From contig NC_043011.1 of the NCBI RefSeq assembly GCF_006345805.1, forward strand, positions 43,846,464-43,910,463: DNA of 64,000 bases, written 5' to 3'. Numbering within the stretch: position 1 is the first letter of the stretch; every line of letters starts with the position of its first letter. Under the pieces are notes generated by a model, which did no database searches, was not told the origin of the DNA, and was given only the letters and a program-made list of their open reading frames with translations. The position numbers were made by a program, and so were the translations under genes. This document shows positions 38,571 through 52,160 of this stretch, in pieces. Origin of the DNA: Octopus sinensis (taxonomy: Eukaryota).

Positions 38571-39335
38571 CAGGCTAACATTCTTCAAAACGGTTCTGAC
38601 CCTAAATGCAGATTCTACGATACATTTGACAAAACAATAGACCATCTCGTCTCGGGATTCCTTATGCTGATACCAAACGAATGCAAAAATCGCCACGATA
38701 GGGTAGGACAGTATTTACATTGGAAAATATGTGAACACTACAAAATCAGCACTCCTGAATACTGGTATGGACATCATCCTGGGCCAACCGTTGAAGGTAA
38801 AAATGCCACTATCTTCTAGCATTTTCCAGTCAACGCCTACAGAACGATCCAGGATAATCGACCAGACATAATCATTAAAGACAGAGAAGAAAATACCTGT
38901 AGACTTATAAATGCCAGTGTTCCCACCGATAAAAATATATCTGTGAAGGAATTTGACAAATTAAATAAATATAAGGACCTGGAAATTGAAATACAAAAGA
39001 TCTGACATATTAAAGCGAGAACTGTTCCTATTATTGTGAGTGTCCTAGGTATGATAAGAAAGAGATGTCAGAAACATGTATGTAATATCCCAGGAGAACC
39101 ATTTCTCAGAGAAATCCCAAAGATTGTGCCAACAAGTACTGCCTACATCCTTAGAAAAACTCTATCAATTTAAATGTATGTGTTGTATTACACGAAGATA
39201 TTTCGCTACTGCCCCTGCCACTTCTCCTCCCCAAGCTTTCAGTCTTACTGTAACATCTGTTATCCTTCACTCGCCTTAGGACGCTGGATGTGTCTCGGCG
39301 AGTGATTGTAACAAACATGCAGATTAAAAGGAAAT
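38571..39335 (+). mobile_element. R4/Dong-type retrotransposon 3' end: zinc knuckle, REL endonuclease, 3' UTR, ending in (TAA)n
   Basis: 201 codons 38571-39173, no frameshift, two stops at W codons: DPKCRFYDTFDKTIDHLVSG..RHDRVGQYLHWKIC..NRPDIIIKD..SVPTDKNISVKEFDKLNKYKDLEIEI..TVPIIVSVLG..AYILRKTL*. Confidence 0.9.
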
Positions 39336-39380
39336 ATTAATAATAATAATAATGATAATAATGATAATGATGATGATATC

Positions 39381-39431
<51 letters not shown>

Positions 39432-39464
39432 GTTATTGTTATTGTTATTATTATTATTATTATT

Positions 39465-39610
39465 ATTACATTATTTACATTTGACGGATATTTGACCTCA
39501 TCTTATTTGTTGTTAAGACAACGTTTCGGCTGATATATCCTTCGGCCTTCATCAGGTGTCTTGGGGAAATTTCGAACCTGGGTTCTCACTCCTAAGGTAT
39601 TTTTCGATGT
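39465..39610 (-). mobile_element. Short Penelope-like terminal remnant with hammerhead-like core, in (ATT)n
   Basis: Minus strand AAGACAC-CTGATGA-AGGC..GCC-GAAA-CGTTGTCTT (39515-39562). Confidence 0.55.
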
Positions 39611-39635
39611 TATTGTTATTATTATTATTATTATT

Positions 39636-40160
39636 GAGTGAGAGAGCAGTGAATGCCATCAAAGTGACACTGGGGTAAAATATACGAAGCCCAATATACC
39701 CATCATGACTACCCGTCTGATAAAGGTACACCAGGCACATGCATCACAACCATATGTGCGCGGCATGATGATCTCATATCAAGATAAACAGCACATGACC
39801 TTGCAGGTGGGGCCCAGTTAGAATTTTCTTCAGGTTGAGTAGCCCATTCCGCTCAAAAGGTCCCTGAATAAGGGTTGTTTAAGGATGTTGAAAGTACCAC
39901 CCATGTTTCCAGAGGTGAATTATTCAAACCCCAAAGAATCCCTCTCAACACATGGCTATGATGCTCCCCCACTACTTCTGCTCGTGATCAGAGATGCACA
40001 TATCGTCAGCCACTAAGGGACATGCTCAACTGGTTACGGTCAAACAACTGACAAGCAAATCTGTGGTATTGAGCAGAATATTTGCTGTAGCCCATCTTTT
40101 ATACCAAGACAAAACAATGTACTTGATAACACTTCCAATCAGTTAAGATCAGAAGCCATG
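39636..40160 (-). mobile_element. ~550-bp (AAT)n-embedded element
   Basis: Reverse complement of 24757-25310, lacking ~30 nt of one end, flanked by (ATT)n. Confidence 0.85.
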
Positions 40161-40651
40161 AATTATTATTATTATTATTATTATTATTTATTATTTCTTT
40201 ATTAGCCACAAGAGTTTACACTAAGAAAAATACTATGGACAGTACAGGACAAACAAAACAATGTGTGTATGTGTGCATGTGTGTGTGTGTGGTGTGTCTG
40301 TGAGTGTGTGTTGTTGCGAGGGTTTTGCGTGTAAACAAGACAAACAAGTTTTTTTTAAATGGTGGATGTCTTCCATTGAAGAGCGTTCGACCTTGCCGAA
40401 CGACCTACGCAAATGATATGTTTATAGCGATCAGATATTCGTGCCGGACATTAGCTCACTCTCTTCAACCAAACTGACGTTACGTGAACAACTGTACAGG
40501 TGTACCAGGCGTCAGATGTCGAAATATGTCGCTGAGCAACGTGAGGTAAAGTGTCTTGCTGAAGAACACAGCGAAGCACCCGGTCTAGGAACTGAAATCA
40601 CGATCTCGCAATCATGATGCAGACACCCTAACCAGTAGGCCATGCGCCCCC

Positions 40652-40721
<70 letters not shown>

Positions 40722-40791
40722 TAATAATAAAGATAATAATGATAATAATGATAATAATAATAATAATCAGAAGAAGAAGAAGAATTTGATT

Positions 40792-41183
40792 GTAACCAGT
40801 TGAGCATATCTCTTTGTGGATATGTGCATCTCTGATGCTCCCCAACTACACGGGCAGGTGTAGTTGGGGAGCATCAGAACCATGTGATGCGAGGAATTCT
40901 TTGAGATTTGAATAATTCATCTCTGGAAAATGTGTTTCGTTCAACATCCTTAAACTACCTTATTCAGAGACCTTTTGATTGGGAAGGGCTAAAATTCTAA
41001 CTGGGCCCTACCTTTAAGGTCATGCACTGTTAATCTTGATATGAAATCACCATGTCACGCACATATGGTTCTGATGCATGTGCCTGGTGTACCCTTATCA
41101 GATGGGTGTTCATGATGGGTATACTAGGCTTCGTATATTTGTACTCCAGTGTCACTTTGATGGCATACACTGCTCTCTCACTC
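40792..41183 (+). mobile_element. Partial (AAT)n-embedded element
   Basis: Matches the distal two thirds of 24757-25310. Confidence 0.8.
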
Positions 41184-41404
41184 AATAAGTCTTGTATTTG
41201 TTTCTGTCATTTGACTGCGGCCATGCTGGAGCACCACCTTTAGTCGAACAAATCGACCCCAGACCTTATTCTTTGGAAGCCTAGTACTTATTCTATCGAA
41301 ACCTTTTGCCGAACCGCTAAGTTACGGGATCGTATACACGCCAACATCGGTTGTCAAGCGATGGTGGGGGGAACAAACACAGACACACAAACACAGTCAC
41401 TAAA

Positions 41405-41545
41405 CCTGTTCTATCTTCTCTCCCAGTTTATTTCTGTAGAAGAGCGTAGGCTCGAAACATAAAAGAATTTCTTACTTCCCGAGCGTTAAACTCATACATC
41501 TGTTTGTTGTTTACACATCCGTCTTCGTCTTTTTTTTGTAAATTT

Positions 41546-41550
<5 letters not shown>
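41405..41550 (+). mobile_element. Short Penelope-like repeat (CTGT-N-GAAGAGCGTAGGCTCGAAAC family)
   Basis: Homologous to 46370-46510 (+) and 57110-57280 (-). Penelope assignment rests on the motif only. Confidence 0.55.
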
Positions 41551-41611
<61 letters not shown>

Positions 41612-41670
41612 TTTACATACACACACAGCATACATATGAGCACTTTTATTTCTTTTTTTTTTGTAAATTC

Positions 41671-41713
<43 letters not shown>

Positions 41714-41857
41714 GACAGATTTCTTTCAGTTTCCGTCAACCAAATCTACTCACAAGGCTTTGACCGGATGAACCCGGAACCATGTGGTTGGTAAGCAAGC
41801 TTCTTCCCACACAGCCACTCCTGCGCCTATAATACTAATAATAATAATATAATAATA

Positions 41858-41911
<54 letters not shown>

Positions 41912-41942
41912 TAATAATAATATAATAATAATAATAATAAAT

Positions 41943-42452
41943 GCCCTGATGCAGTACCAGATAGTGGCTCTCATGACTTCTGATCTTAACTGATTCGAAG
42001 TGTTATCATGTACATTGCTTTGTCTTGGTATAAAAGATGGGCTACAACAAATACTCTGCTCAATACCACAGATTTGCTTCTCAGTTGTTTGACCTTAACC
42101 AGTTGACCATGTCCCTTAGTGGCTGGGGGAGCATCATAGCCGTGTGTTGAAATGAATTTTTGCATGTTTGGATAATTCACCTTTGGAAACATGGGTGTTT
42201 CGTTCAACATCCTTAAACAATCCTTACTCGGGGATCTTTTGAGCGGGATGGGCTACTCGACCAGAAGAAAATTCTAACTGGGCCCTACCTGCAAGGTCAT
42301 GCGCTATTTATGAGATCACTATGTCACGCACATATGGTTGTGATGTATGTGCTTGGTGTACCCTTATCAGACGCGTAGTCGTGATGGGTATATTGGGCTT
42401 CGTATATTTGTACCCCAGTGTCACTTTGATGGCATGCACTGCACTCTCACTC
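41943..42452 (+). mobile_element. ~550-bp (AAT)n-embedded element (internal ~40-bp deletion)
   Basis: Same ends as 24757-25310. Confidence 0.85.
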
Positions 42453-43482
42453 AACAATAATAATAATTCTTTTTACACTAAGCACAAGTCCTGAAAGTTT
42501 TGGGAGCGGGCTACTAATCGATGAGTCGATTACATCGACCCTTGTGTTTAACTGCTGCTTATTTTATCGACTCTCAAAGCATGAAAAGAAATGGAGATTT
42601 CGGCGGCGGTAATATTCGGTAAAGGCTAAGACATGCTGCTAAGCACGATCTTCTTGTCCGACGTGCTAAGAACAACAACAGCAGCAACAACCACAACAAC
42701 AACAAAAACAACCACTACAACGACAGCAGCAGCAGCAACGACGGCAACAACAATAAGTACAATAATAATTATATCAAATACTAGTAGTGATAATAATAAT
42801 GATAATGGTAATAAATAATGAGTGTGCTAAAGGAGAAACAGGTGTGTGCACTGTATTAAATTTCTGATATCTCTTTTCTTCTTGGTGTTATCGTTAATGT
42901 TAGTGTAGTAGTAGTAGTAGTGGTAGTGGTTGTTGTTGTTGTTGTTATTGTTGTTGGTGGTGGTGGTGGAAGTGGTTGATCAACTAATTTTGCTGTTGTT
43001 TTTGTTGGTGGTGTTGTTGTTTTCGTCGATGAAGACATAAGTTCTTTCATGCAGGTGAAATATATTTGAAAGAAGAAGTGAAAGCGATGGTGGTGGTGGC
43101 GGGGTGGTGGTGGGGTTCGATATGATGGATGTGAGTGGCGTTCCGCAGCAGAGTATGAGCGGGGATAGCTGTGAGTTTAGGAGTGGAGTGAGTGCCGGTG
43201 AGTTTTAGGTAACTACGGGAAGGGGGGGGTAAGGTACAGGGAAAATATCTGAAGTGCAAACAGATTACAGAGGATCTGAAATATGTCAGACGGTGGGTAC
43301 GGGTGCAGGGGTGAAAGGTAGATGGGGTATGACTGGGTAAAGGGATGAAGGGAGGGGGTAGTAGTGAGAAGGAGGTGGTGAGAGGGGGAAAATCGAGGAA
43401 GAAAGAAAAGAAAAAAGAAGTCAGGAACGGAGAAGGGAATCATGAGTTAGATCAAATGAAAGAATAGCGTTACGCACGCACA

Positions 43483-43523
<41 letters not shown>

Positions 43524-44333
43524 GCATATAGATTGTATATCTATGTGTGTGTGGGTGTATATATATATACATATATATATGTGTGTATATATACATATAT
43601 ATGTATATATATAAATATATATATGTGCATATACATATATATACATATATATTGTGTATATACATATGTATATGCATGTATATACATATCTATATACATA
43701 CATTGTATATAAGCATTTACCTTCACTCTCACTCGCATGCGATTAAAGTACATACATACAAACACACACACACACACACATGGTTGTGTGTATTTATGAC
43801 ATACATACATACATACACACACACATATATATATATGTGCATATATACATACATGCACATAGATGTCTGTATTTAATATGATGTATATGCATATATGTAT
43901 AATATATGTGTGTATATATAAGAATGGCTGGAGTTAATTATACCTGGCAGCGATACAGCGACTGATGAGGCTAACGATAGTTCACTTCCTGAGCACCTGC
44001 TTTCTTTAAATGGGATAACTTCACCTTAAGCAATCTTTCTTATACACACATGTGTGTATACATATACACATACATGCATATATACATGTATACATATACA
44101 TATAGTTACATATATTCATATATGTGTGTGTGCGTGTATTCTTTTATTTGTTTCAGTCATTTGACTGCGGCCATGCTGGAGCACCGCCTTTAGTCGAACA
44201 AATCGACCCCAGTACTTATTCTATCGGTATCTTTTGCCGAACCGCTAAGTTACGGGTGGTGAACACACTAACATCAGTTGTCAAGCGATTGTGGGAGAAT
44301 AAACACAGACGCACAAACATACACACACACACA

Positions 44334-44413
<80 letters not shown>

Positions 44414-44508
44414 CGACGGGCTTCTTTCATATATAAACACGTTCATAAATAGTCATATATACATACAAATACACATTCATACATATACGCATACATACAT
44501 GTGCGAGC

Positions 44509-44539
<31 letters not shown>

Positions 44540-44742
44540 CAAATGTATGAATGGATATGTCTCTTATCTTTTGTTTCAGTCATTAGGCTGCGGCACTACC
44601 TTGATGAAGTTTGAGTCGAATGAATCAACTCCAGTACTAATACTATCGGTCTCTTATGCCCAACAACTAAATTACGAGTACGTAAACAAACCCACACCGG
44701 TTGTCAATCGGTGGCTGGGTAGAAACAGTTACGCTCACACAC

Positions 44743-44782
<40 letters not shown>

Positions 44783-45154
44783 GTTAATGAGAGAGATGGA
44801 AGGTGGAATATAAGAGAATTTTTATTAATCCCTACAGTTGTTTCGACCCATCTAGCTTGGATCCCTCACGGGTGGGATACTAAACAACTGGTTAGGAGCA
44901 TCTGTCGGTTTAGATGTGTCTCTTCGGTTGATAATCGTTAAAATAACGACTGACTTCAAACAGTTTCCCAGTACCAAATCCACTAACAAGCCTTTGGTCG
45001 GCTCGAGACAATAATAGAAGTCGCTAGCCCAAGATACCACGCAGTAGAACTAAACGTGGAGCCACGCGGTTGAGAAGCAAATTTTTAACTACACAGTCAC
45101 ATCCGCCCCTTCTACTCACCCACTAGTATTGAGCATTTTTATCACTAAATGTTT

Positions 45155-45186
<32 letters not shown>

Positions 45187-45220
45187 TATCATCATCATTA
45201 TTATTATTATTATTATTACC

Positions 45221-45770
45221 GAGTGAGAGAGCAGTGCATGCCATCAAAGTGACACTGGGGTAAAATATACGAAGCCCAGTATACCCATCATGACTACTTG
45301 TCTGATAAGGGTACACTAGGCACATACATCACAACCATGTGTATGCGACATGGTGATCTCATATCAAGACAAACAGCACATGACCTTGCAGGTGAGGCCC
45401 AGTTAGAATTTTCATCTGGTCGAGTAGCCCATCCCGCTCAAAAGGTCCCTGAGTAAGGGTTGTTTAAGGATGTTGAACGAAACACGTTTCCAGAGGTGAA
45501 TTATTCAAACTCCAAAAAATCTCTCGGAACATGGCTATAATGCTCCCCCACTACTTCTGCTTGTGATCAGAAATGCACATATCGTCAGCCCCTAAGGGAC
45601 ATGGTCAACTGGTTATGGTCAAACAACTGACAAGAAAATCTGTGGTATTAAACAGAATATTTGCTGTAGCCCATCTTTTATACCAAGACAAAACAATGTA
45701 CATGATAACACTTCCTATCAGTTAAGATCAGAAGCCACGAGAGCCACTGCCTGGTACTGCATCAGGGCAT
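45221..45770 (-). mobile_element. ~550-bp (AAT)n-embedded element
   Basis: Starts GAGTGAGAGAGCAGTGC after (ATT)n and ends CATCAGGGCAT before (ATC)n. Confidence 0.85.
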
Positions 45771-45812
45771 TTTATCATCATCATCATCATCACTATTATA
45801 TACATATACATG

Positions 45813-45938
45813 CAGTAATCCCTCATCATATCGCGGTTTACCTATCGCAGTTTATTATTTAAAAACTTATGTTGATTCATCCGTGGTGTTGTTTTGCATT
45901 TATAATAAAATACATATATACAAATTGTGAAAATAATA

Positions 45939-46002
<64 letters not shown>

Positions 46003-46086
46003 TACAGTACTGTTTCTACTTCGCAGACTTTCACCCATCGCAGGGGATTTTGGAACGCAACAACCGCGATAGTCGAGGGATTACTG
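45813..46086. mobile_element. Tigger/pogo-like MITE with internal (TA)n
   Basis: TIRs CAGTAATCCCTCATCATATCGCGGTT / AACCGCGATAGTCGAGGGATTACTG. Confidence 0.7.
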
Positions 46087-46309
46087 CATTCTTCACCCAT
46101 TTCCTTCAGTCATTCAAAATGTGACCGCGTGTGTACCGTTGGCGATTTTTTTCCCTCCTTCTTCCTTTCTCTGGATCTCTCCTTTTCCTATGTTTCTGAC
46201 GAAGAGCTCCGCTCGAAATGTAAAACCCTCCTTCTTCCCGTCCAATAATACTATATTGTTCCACGTCCTCGCGTTGTTGTGTCTTCTCTTTGTGTTTTCA
46301 TATTTGGAT

Positions 46310-46366
<57 letters not shown>

Positions 46367-46790
46367 TATTTTCTCTCCCTGTTTATTTCTGTGTTCCTTT
46401 CTGTCGAAGAGCGTAGGATCGAAACGTAAAAGACTTCCTCACTTCTCGAGCGTTAAACTAATACATCTGTTTCTTGTCTACACATCCGTCTTCGTCTTTT
46501 TTTTTTGTAAATGCCTTCTCTCTCTCTCTATATATATATATATACACACACACATTTACATACACACACTGCATACATATGAGCACTTAAATCCAAACAT
46601 ATAGAGTATATGCATTTGTACAATGTGCGTGTAGATATAGTCACCCACACACACTCAATCACACACATATTCACACATATAATATATGTGTGATATATAT
46701 GTGTATAAAATAGACAATATGTGTGTGTGTACAATATATTTGTATAGCATATATATATGTGTGCATAATATATATCTATATATCTATATA

Positions 46791-46828
<38 letters not shown>

Positions 46829-48096
46829 ATATAAATGTCTACGTGTGTATGTGTGTGTAAATATGTATATAAGCTCCTGTGTGTATGTGTGTGCGTGCGT
46901 GTGTGTGCGCGTGCATCTGTGGTGCCACATTGCAAAAACGCCAGGATTCAACGTGTTTCAGAATATCGCAGTAATTTCAAGTTGGTCGTAAATTAATGAC
47001 AACGACAAGACGACGGAAACCAAATAGTTTTACTCTTAATAACTTGTATAACTTTCAATATTTCGGCAATAAAAGCCGCTAGTGATGAACAAGGGGAGAG
47101 AGAGAGTAAGTGACGTTCTTTCTGACTAGCGCAGATGTGTACGGCTGGCGTATGTAAGGGTCACCATGTGCAAAGAGATAGTGTTAAATTTCCCAATTAG
47201 CGCTCGAGAAATCCTTGTCTGCAGTTAAATATCGGCTTTAATTGTTTTATGAGTTTTCGTGGTGTACCGCATAGAATGTATTAAACGCGGCAGATGTACA
47301 GCGGTAGCACCAACGCCTTTACTTCGCTGGAAAGCAAAACATTCTCACAAACACTTCATCAGCCAGATAACATCTAAAGAAACACAGCAATCAGGATATC
47401 AATGGACATCATCAAAGCCATAGGGCGGCATATCGGAAATCTGAGAATCAGAGGCCATTTTTATTAAGCAATTAGAGTTGCACGGCTCTAATTGGCTAAT
47501 TAAGCATTCTTAATATGCACATGTTGTACTCCGAACTCCACATCTCATCTCGTAACATTACACATTCATAACCGCGTTCGCGCCTCGTTATTCTTGATTA
47601 TAGTGTTTAATGAACGGAATGTTAAAATATAAGGCAAACTATTAAATTATAAGGCAACAATAAAAGGCAAAATACTATAGTATAAAACAAAAAATATAAA
47701 CCCTTTTGTTTTAGCTCGTCTTCATTCCATTATCTCCAACTTCTATTGTGGCACTCCTAACGACACACTTGCGCTCACATACTATTATATTAAATTATAT
47801 TGCTTTAAATTATATTATAGGTTAAAGTGTATTATATATTAAATATTGTCCTGGATATTATATTTTTATCAAATTATAGCATGTATGTGTGTGTGCATAT
47901 GTGTGTGTATAAATGTTATGTGTGTGTGCGTTTGCATATGAATATGCATGTTTGTATTGGCAGTAGCTGATGATTAGTTCTTTTGTTACTCGGAGTTTCA
48001 CAGTCGTAGTATTTGATCGGTTAGACAATATAAGATGAACGCGCCGAGTAGGTTTCAACGATTACAGACCAAATTGAAAACAAAAACACGACGTTA

Positions 48097-48595
48097 CCGT
48101 AAATCTTCGAGTATAGTCCGCCCTTGAGTATAATACGCATGGGATTTTTAGGGGGCTGTACCTCTGAAAAACCTAAACCTTGTGTATAATACGCACCCCT
48201 TCTCTAACTTCAGTCAAGGAGGTCTATATAACGTCCTTGGTTTGTAAAAATGTATACGGTAACGTCCTTTATTATTATTGTATATATAACATAATGCAAA
48301 CGTGTAGATTTTTTGTGCATTTTGTTTGCAGAAAATAAAGAAATAACAGTAATAACGTTTAATAAATGTTGCTTACTGCAAGTTATGGATGATTCTTTTA
48401 TGACTTCATTGCTTTCAGGCTTAGCTTAAGGTATTTCGCGCCCGACATCACAAAATGCGTCTGAATAAACATAGCCAGGCAGCAAACAGAGACTCGGACA
48501 TTGCTTAGAAAATAATTTTCATTTTTAACCTCGAATATAGTACGCACTAGGGATTTTGACCTTTAAATTTTGGGGAAAAAATGCGGATTATACCA
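48097..48595. mobile_element. Probable pogo/Tigger-type non-autonomous element (decayed)
   Basis: Left end TACCGTAAATCTTCGAGTATAGTCCGC; partial right end AAATGCGGATTATAC. Confidence 0.45.
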
Positions 48596-48973
48596 GTCTA
48601 TGTACCTTGGCTGTTACCATGAACATAACCAGCAACACACTGTCTCACACATACAGTAAATTTTCCAACACGAATCATATTAAGGACCTGATCTGGGTTA
48701 GGGTTAAGAAACACTTTGAGATTACAGATTGAAAAATCAGAAGGCCGAAGTGTGTTAGTGCTTCCTCATATCTACACAAGAAATGCTGTTCTTCGTGAAG
48801 TTTTGTGGCGAATCATACTTGTAGATTATTTTGAGAGTGATAAATAAAATTTTCTTATTTTCCTGTTATTTTGGCATTTTTACTTACTTCGTCATCCCCA
48901 TCGTATCACCTTGAAGTGCAATGAACATGAACGACTTCTTTTCTTAAGAGCTAGATTAGTCAACCACCATGAA

Positions 48974-49305
48974 GGTGCATGGCTCAGTGGTTATAGCGTC
49001 GAGCTTACGATCGTGAGGTTGTCAGTTCGAATCCCGGACCGGGCTGCGTGTTGTGTTCTTGAGCAAGACACTTTATTTCACGTTGCTCCAGTTCACTCAG
49101 CTGTAGAAATGAGTTGCGACGTCACAGGTGCCAAGCTGTATCGGCCCTTGCCTTTTCCTTCGACAACATTGGTAGCGTGGAGAGGGGAGGCCGGTATGCA
49201 TGGGCGACTGTTGGTCTTCCATAAACAACCTTGCCCAGATTTGTGCCTAGCGGGGTAACTTTCTAGGTGCAATCCCATGGTCAGTCATGATCGAAGGGGG
49301 TCTCA
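48974..49305 (+). mobile_element. SINE family D (tRNA-like head; CTTGAGCAAGACACTT / CACTCAGCTGTA core)
   Basis: A box TGGCTCAGTGG, B box GTTCGAATCC. Imperfect TSD AGTCAACCACCATGAA / AGTCAACCATGAA. A head fragment also occurs at ~40530-40650 (-). Confidence 0.85.
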
Positions 49306-49848
49306 AGTCAACCATGAAAAGATCAAAGAACTTGCGAGATGATCCTGCAGTTGCGCCCTCCGCGGCAAATTTGTAATGAATTTAGCTTAAGCGCATTTCC
49401 AATGAATTTGGCTTAATTTGCAAGTCAAGTGGCGATCTGACCAGGGATGGTCAAAATACAGGATCATAGACTGGCAGGTGATGCCAGGACACACACAGTT
49501 CAAGTGCTACATCCGTGAATAGAATGAGTTGAAGAATTGCCTGCGTGCACCAGCCCAGCTATACTCAATGAAAGGATGGTACTCTTCTGATAAATGGGAT
49601 TGAAATGTGTGCGTGTGTGTGTGTGTGTGTCTTTTATCTTTTATCTTGTATCTGTTTCAGTCATTTGACTGTGGCCATGCTGGAGCACCGCCTTTAATCG
49701 AGCCAATCGCCCCCCCAGGACTTATTCTTTGTAAGCCTAGTACTTATTCTATCGGTCTCTCTTGCCGAACCGCTAAGTGACGGGGACGTAAACACACCAG
49801 TATCGGTTGTCAAGCAATATTGAGGAGGGGACAAACACAGACACACAA

Positions 49849-49918
<70 letters not shown>

Positions 49919-50696
49919 GACGGGCTTCTTTCAGTTTCTGTCTACCAAATCCACTCACAAGGCTTTCGTCGGTCCGAGGCTATAGTAGAAGACACCTGCC
50001 CAAGGTGCCACGCAGTAGGACTGAACCCAGAAACATTTGGTTGGTAAGCAAGCTACTTATCACACAACCACTCGGTGTGTTTGTATTTGTCCTCGGAATG
50101 CTTCCAAACTGCATTCAGCAGTGGGCCCTGGCTCAGGATTCCATAGTTTTAGGAGTGTGGAACCATCTCTTAGCTACTCTCGTCCCCAGGTCTACCCTGA
50201 ACCGGTGTAGTAACACCTGCCAGGGTCCTGGCAATGGGTTAATTAAAATGTAAATAAAAACCAACGGCAGTAACAGACCCCTTAACTGTTGTCCTTCTAG
50301 GAGAGGGGTACTTTGATGTAAAATCTGCGGTTTAACGTGATTACTGATCATCGTGTTTCGAAACTGTCACGAGGTACTAATCACTGGGCCTCAGAAGATA
50401 TTCTCGTGTTATACAAGCATTTATCACTATAATCCAGTGACATACAAATGTCTCTTTATGGTGACCCCATTTGTTATTTGTCCTTTGTCACTTCGTGTAT
50501 TCAAAGTACTATGGTGTTGGAAGGGTGGTGAGATATGCAGAGCCACAAGTCTGGAGGTACAGTTACAAAGCAATAATGGTACTGAATAGTCATCTGAGAG
50601 GTCATAGACAGAAAGTCCGAAATTCCATTGTCAGCGAGGAAGCATAAAGAGACGGCAAGTCATCTGTGAAGCTGGAGCAATCACCATGTACGAATG

Positions 50697-51430
50697 TATG
50701 TCATTATTCAGATTATTTCAAGATTTCTTGCCAATAGAGAAAGAACCGGTTTCTAACCTAGAAAGGCGGCGAGCTGGCAGAAACGTTAGCACGCCGGGCG
50801 AAATGCTTTGCGGTATTTCGTCTGCCGTTACGTTCTGAGTTCAAATTCCGCCGAGGTCGACTTTGCCTTTCATCCTTTCGGGGTCGATAAATTAAAGTAC
50901 CAGTTACGCACTGGGGTCGATGTAATCGACTTAATACCTATGTCTGTCCTTGTTTGTCCCCTCTATGTTTAGCCCCTTGTGGGTAATAAAGAAATAGGTT
51001 TCTAACCTAGATCTAAGGCTCCATCATAGGAATTTCAACATCAACAACAGGATATTCTTGTTTCTATGTATGTATGTATGTATGTATGTATGTATGTATG
51101 TATATGTGTAGATTGGTATGTTTTGTTTTATGTTTGTCTTCTCATGCATACAGTTACATATCTAGACATGCTCATATATATTTAAATGATACACTTCTGG
51201 AAAGTTTTACAGATTTTCACAGTTCCAATGATGAATTGGATCTGTAGTCTTCGAATCAGCTTTCTCTTTTCTGGTTTTGAGAAACTTAATTTCTCAAAAT
51301 TGCTATTTAGGTAGTTTTTTTTACATATCCCAGAGCCCCAATAATTACAGATATAAACCTGAACAGGTAATCTGGATAGAGTAACTACAGATTTTTCAAT
51401 AGTTCAGCGTCAGTATTTTCTTTTTCAATA
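50697..51430 (-). mobile_element. (CATA)n-associated REL retrotransposon 3' end, copy 2, interrupted by SINE A
   Basis: IEKENTDAELLKNL*LLYPDYLFRFISVIIGALGYV; 3' UTR homologous to 12945-13195; abuts the large (TATG)n array. Confidence 0.75.
50763..50996 (+). mobile_element. Young SINE A with perfect 15-bp TSD
   Basis: GGTTTCTAACCTAGA at 50748-50762 and 50997-51011. The paralogous empty site GGTTTCTAACCTGGA is at ~12993. Confidence 0.95.
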
Positions 51431-52160
51431 TATGTATGTATGTATGTATGTAAGTATGTATGCATATATGTATGTATGTATGTATGTATGTAAGAAAGTA
51501 TGTATGTATGTATGCATGCATGCATACATGTATGTATTATGTATGTATGCATGTATGTATGCATGCATGTATGTATGCATGTATGCACGTATGCATGTAT
51601 GCGTGCATGTATGTATGTATGTTATATATGCATGTATGTATGCATGTATGTATGCACGCATACATGTATATATGTATGTATGTATGCATGTATGCATGTA
51701 TGTATGCATGTATGCATGTATGTATGCATGTATGTATGCGTGTATGTATGTATGCATGCATGTATGTATGCATGTATGTATGCGTGTATGTATGTATGCA
51801 TGTATGTATGCGTGTATGTATGTATGTATGTATGTATGTATGCATGCATGTATGTATGTATGTATGTATGTATGCATGTATGTATGCGCGTATGTATGTA
51901 TGTATGTATGCATGCATGTATGTATGTATGCATGCATGTATGTATTTATGTATGTATATATGTGTACATGTATGTATGCATGTATGTATGTATGTATGTA
52001 TGCATGCATGTATGTATGTATGTATGTATGTAGAGATGTATGTATGTATACATGCACATGTGTATGTGTGAATGACTGTATGTATGTACCTATGTTTATA
52101 TATATATATATATATGCATGTGTATCCATGTATGTATCTATGTATGTATCTATGTATGTA
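51431..52160. repeat. Large (TATG)/(CATG)/(CGTG) tetranucleotide array
   Basis: Direct reading; explains the ORFs between 51425 and 52393. Confidence 0.95.

Noticed and set aside
43950-43985. CTGATGAG hammerhead-like start
   Set aside because: No GAAA box at a compatible distance and no helix I complement.
48974-49050. tRNA gene (also 55569-55645 and other SINE heads)
   Set aside because: A and B boxes are present but there is no complete cloverleaf or acceptor stem, and the sequence runs into a SINE body with a TSD.
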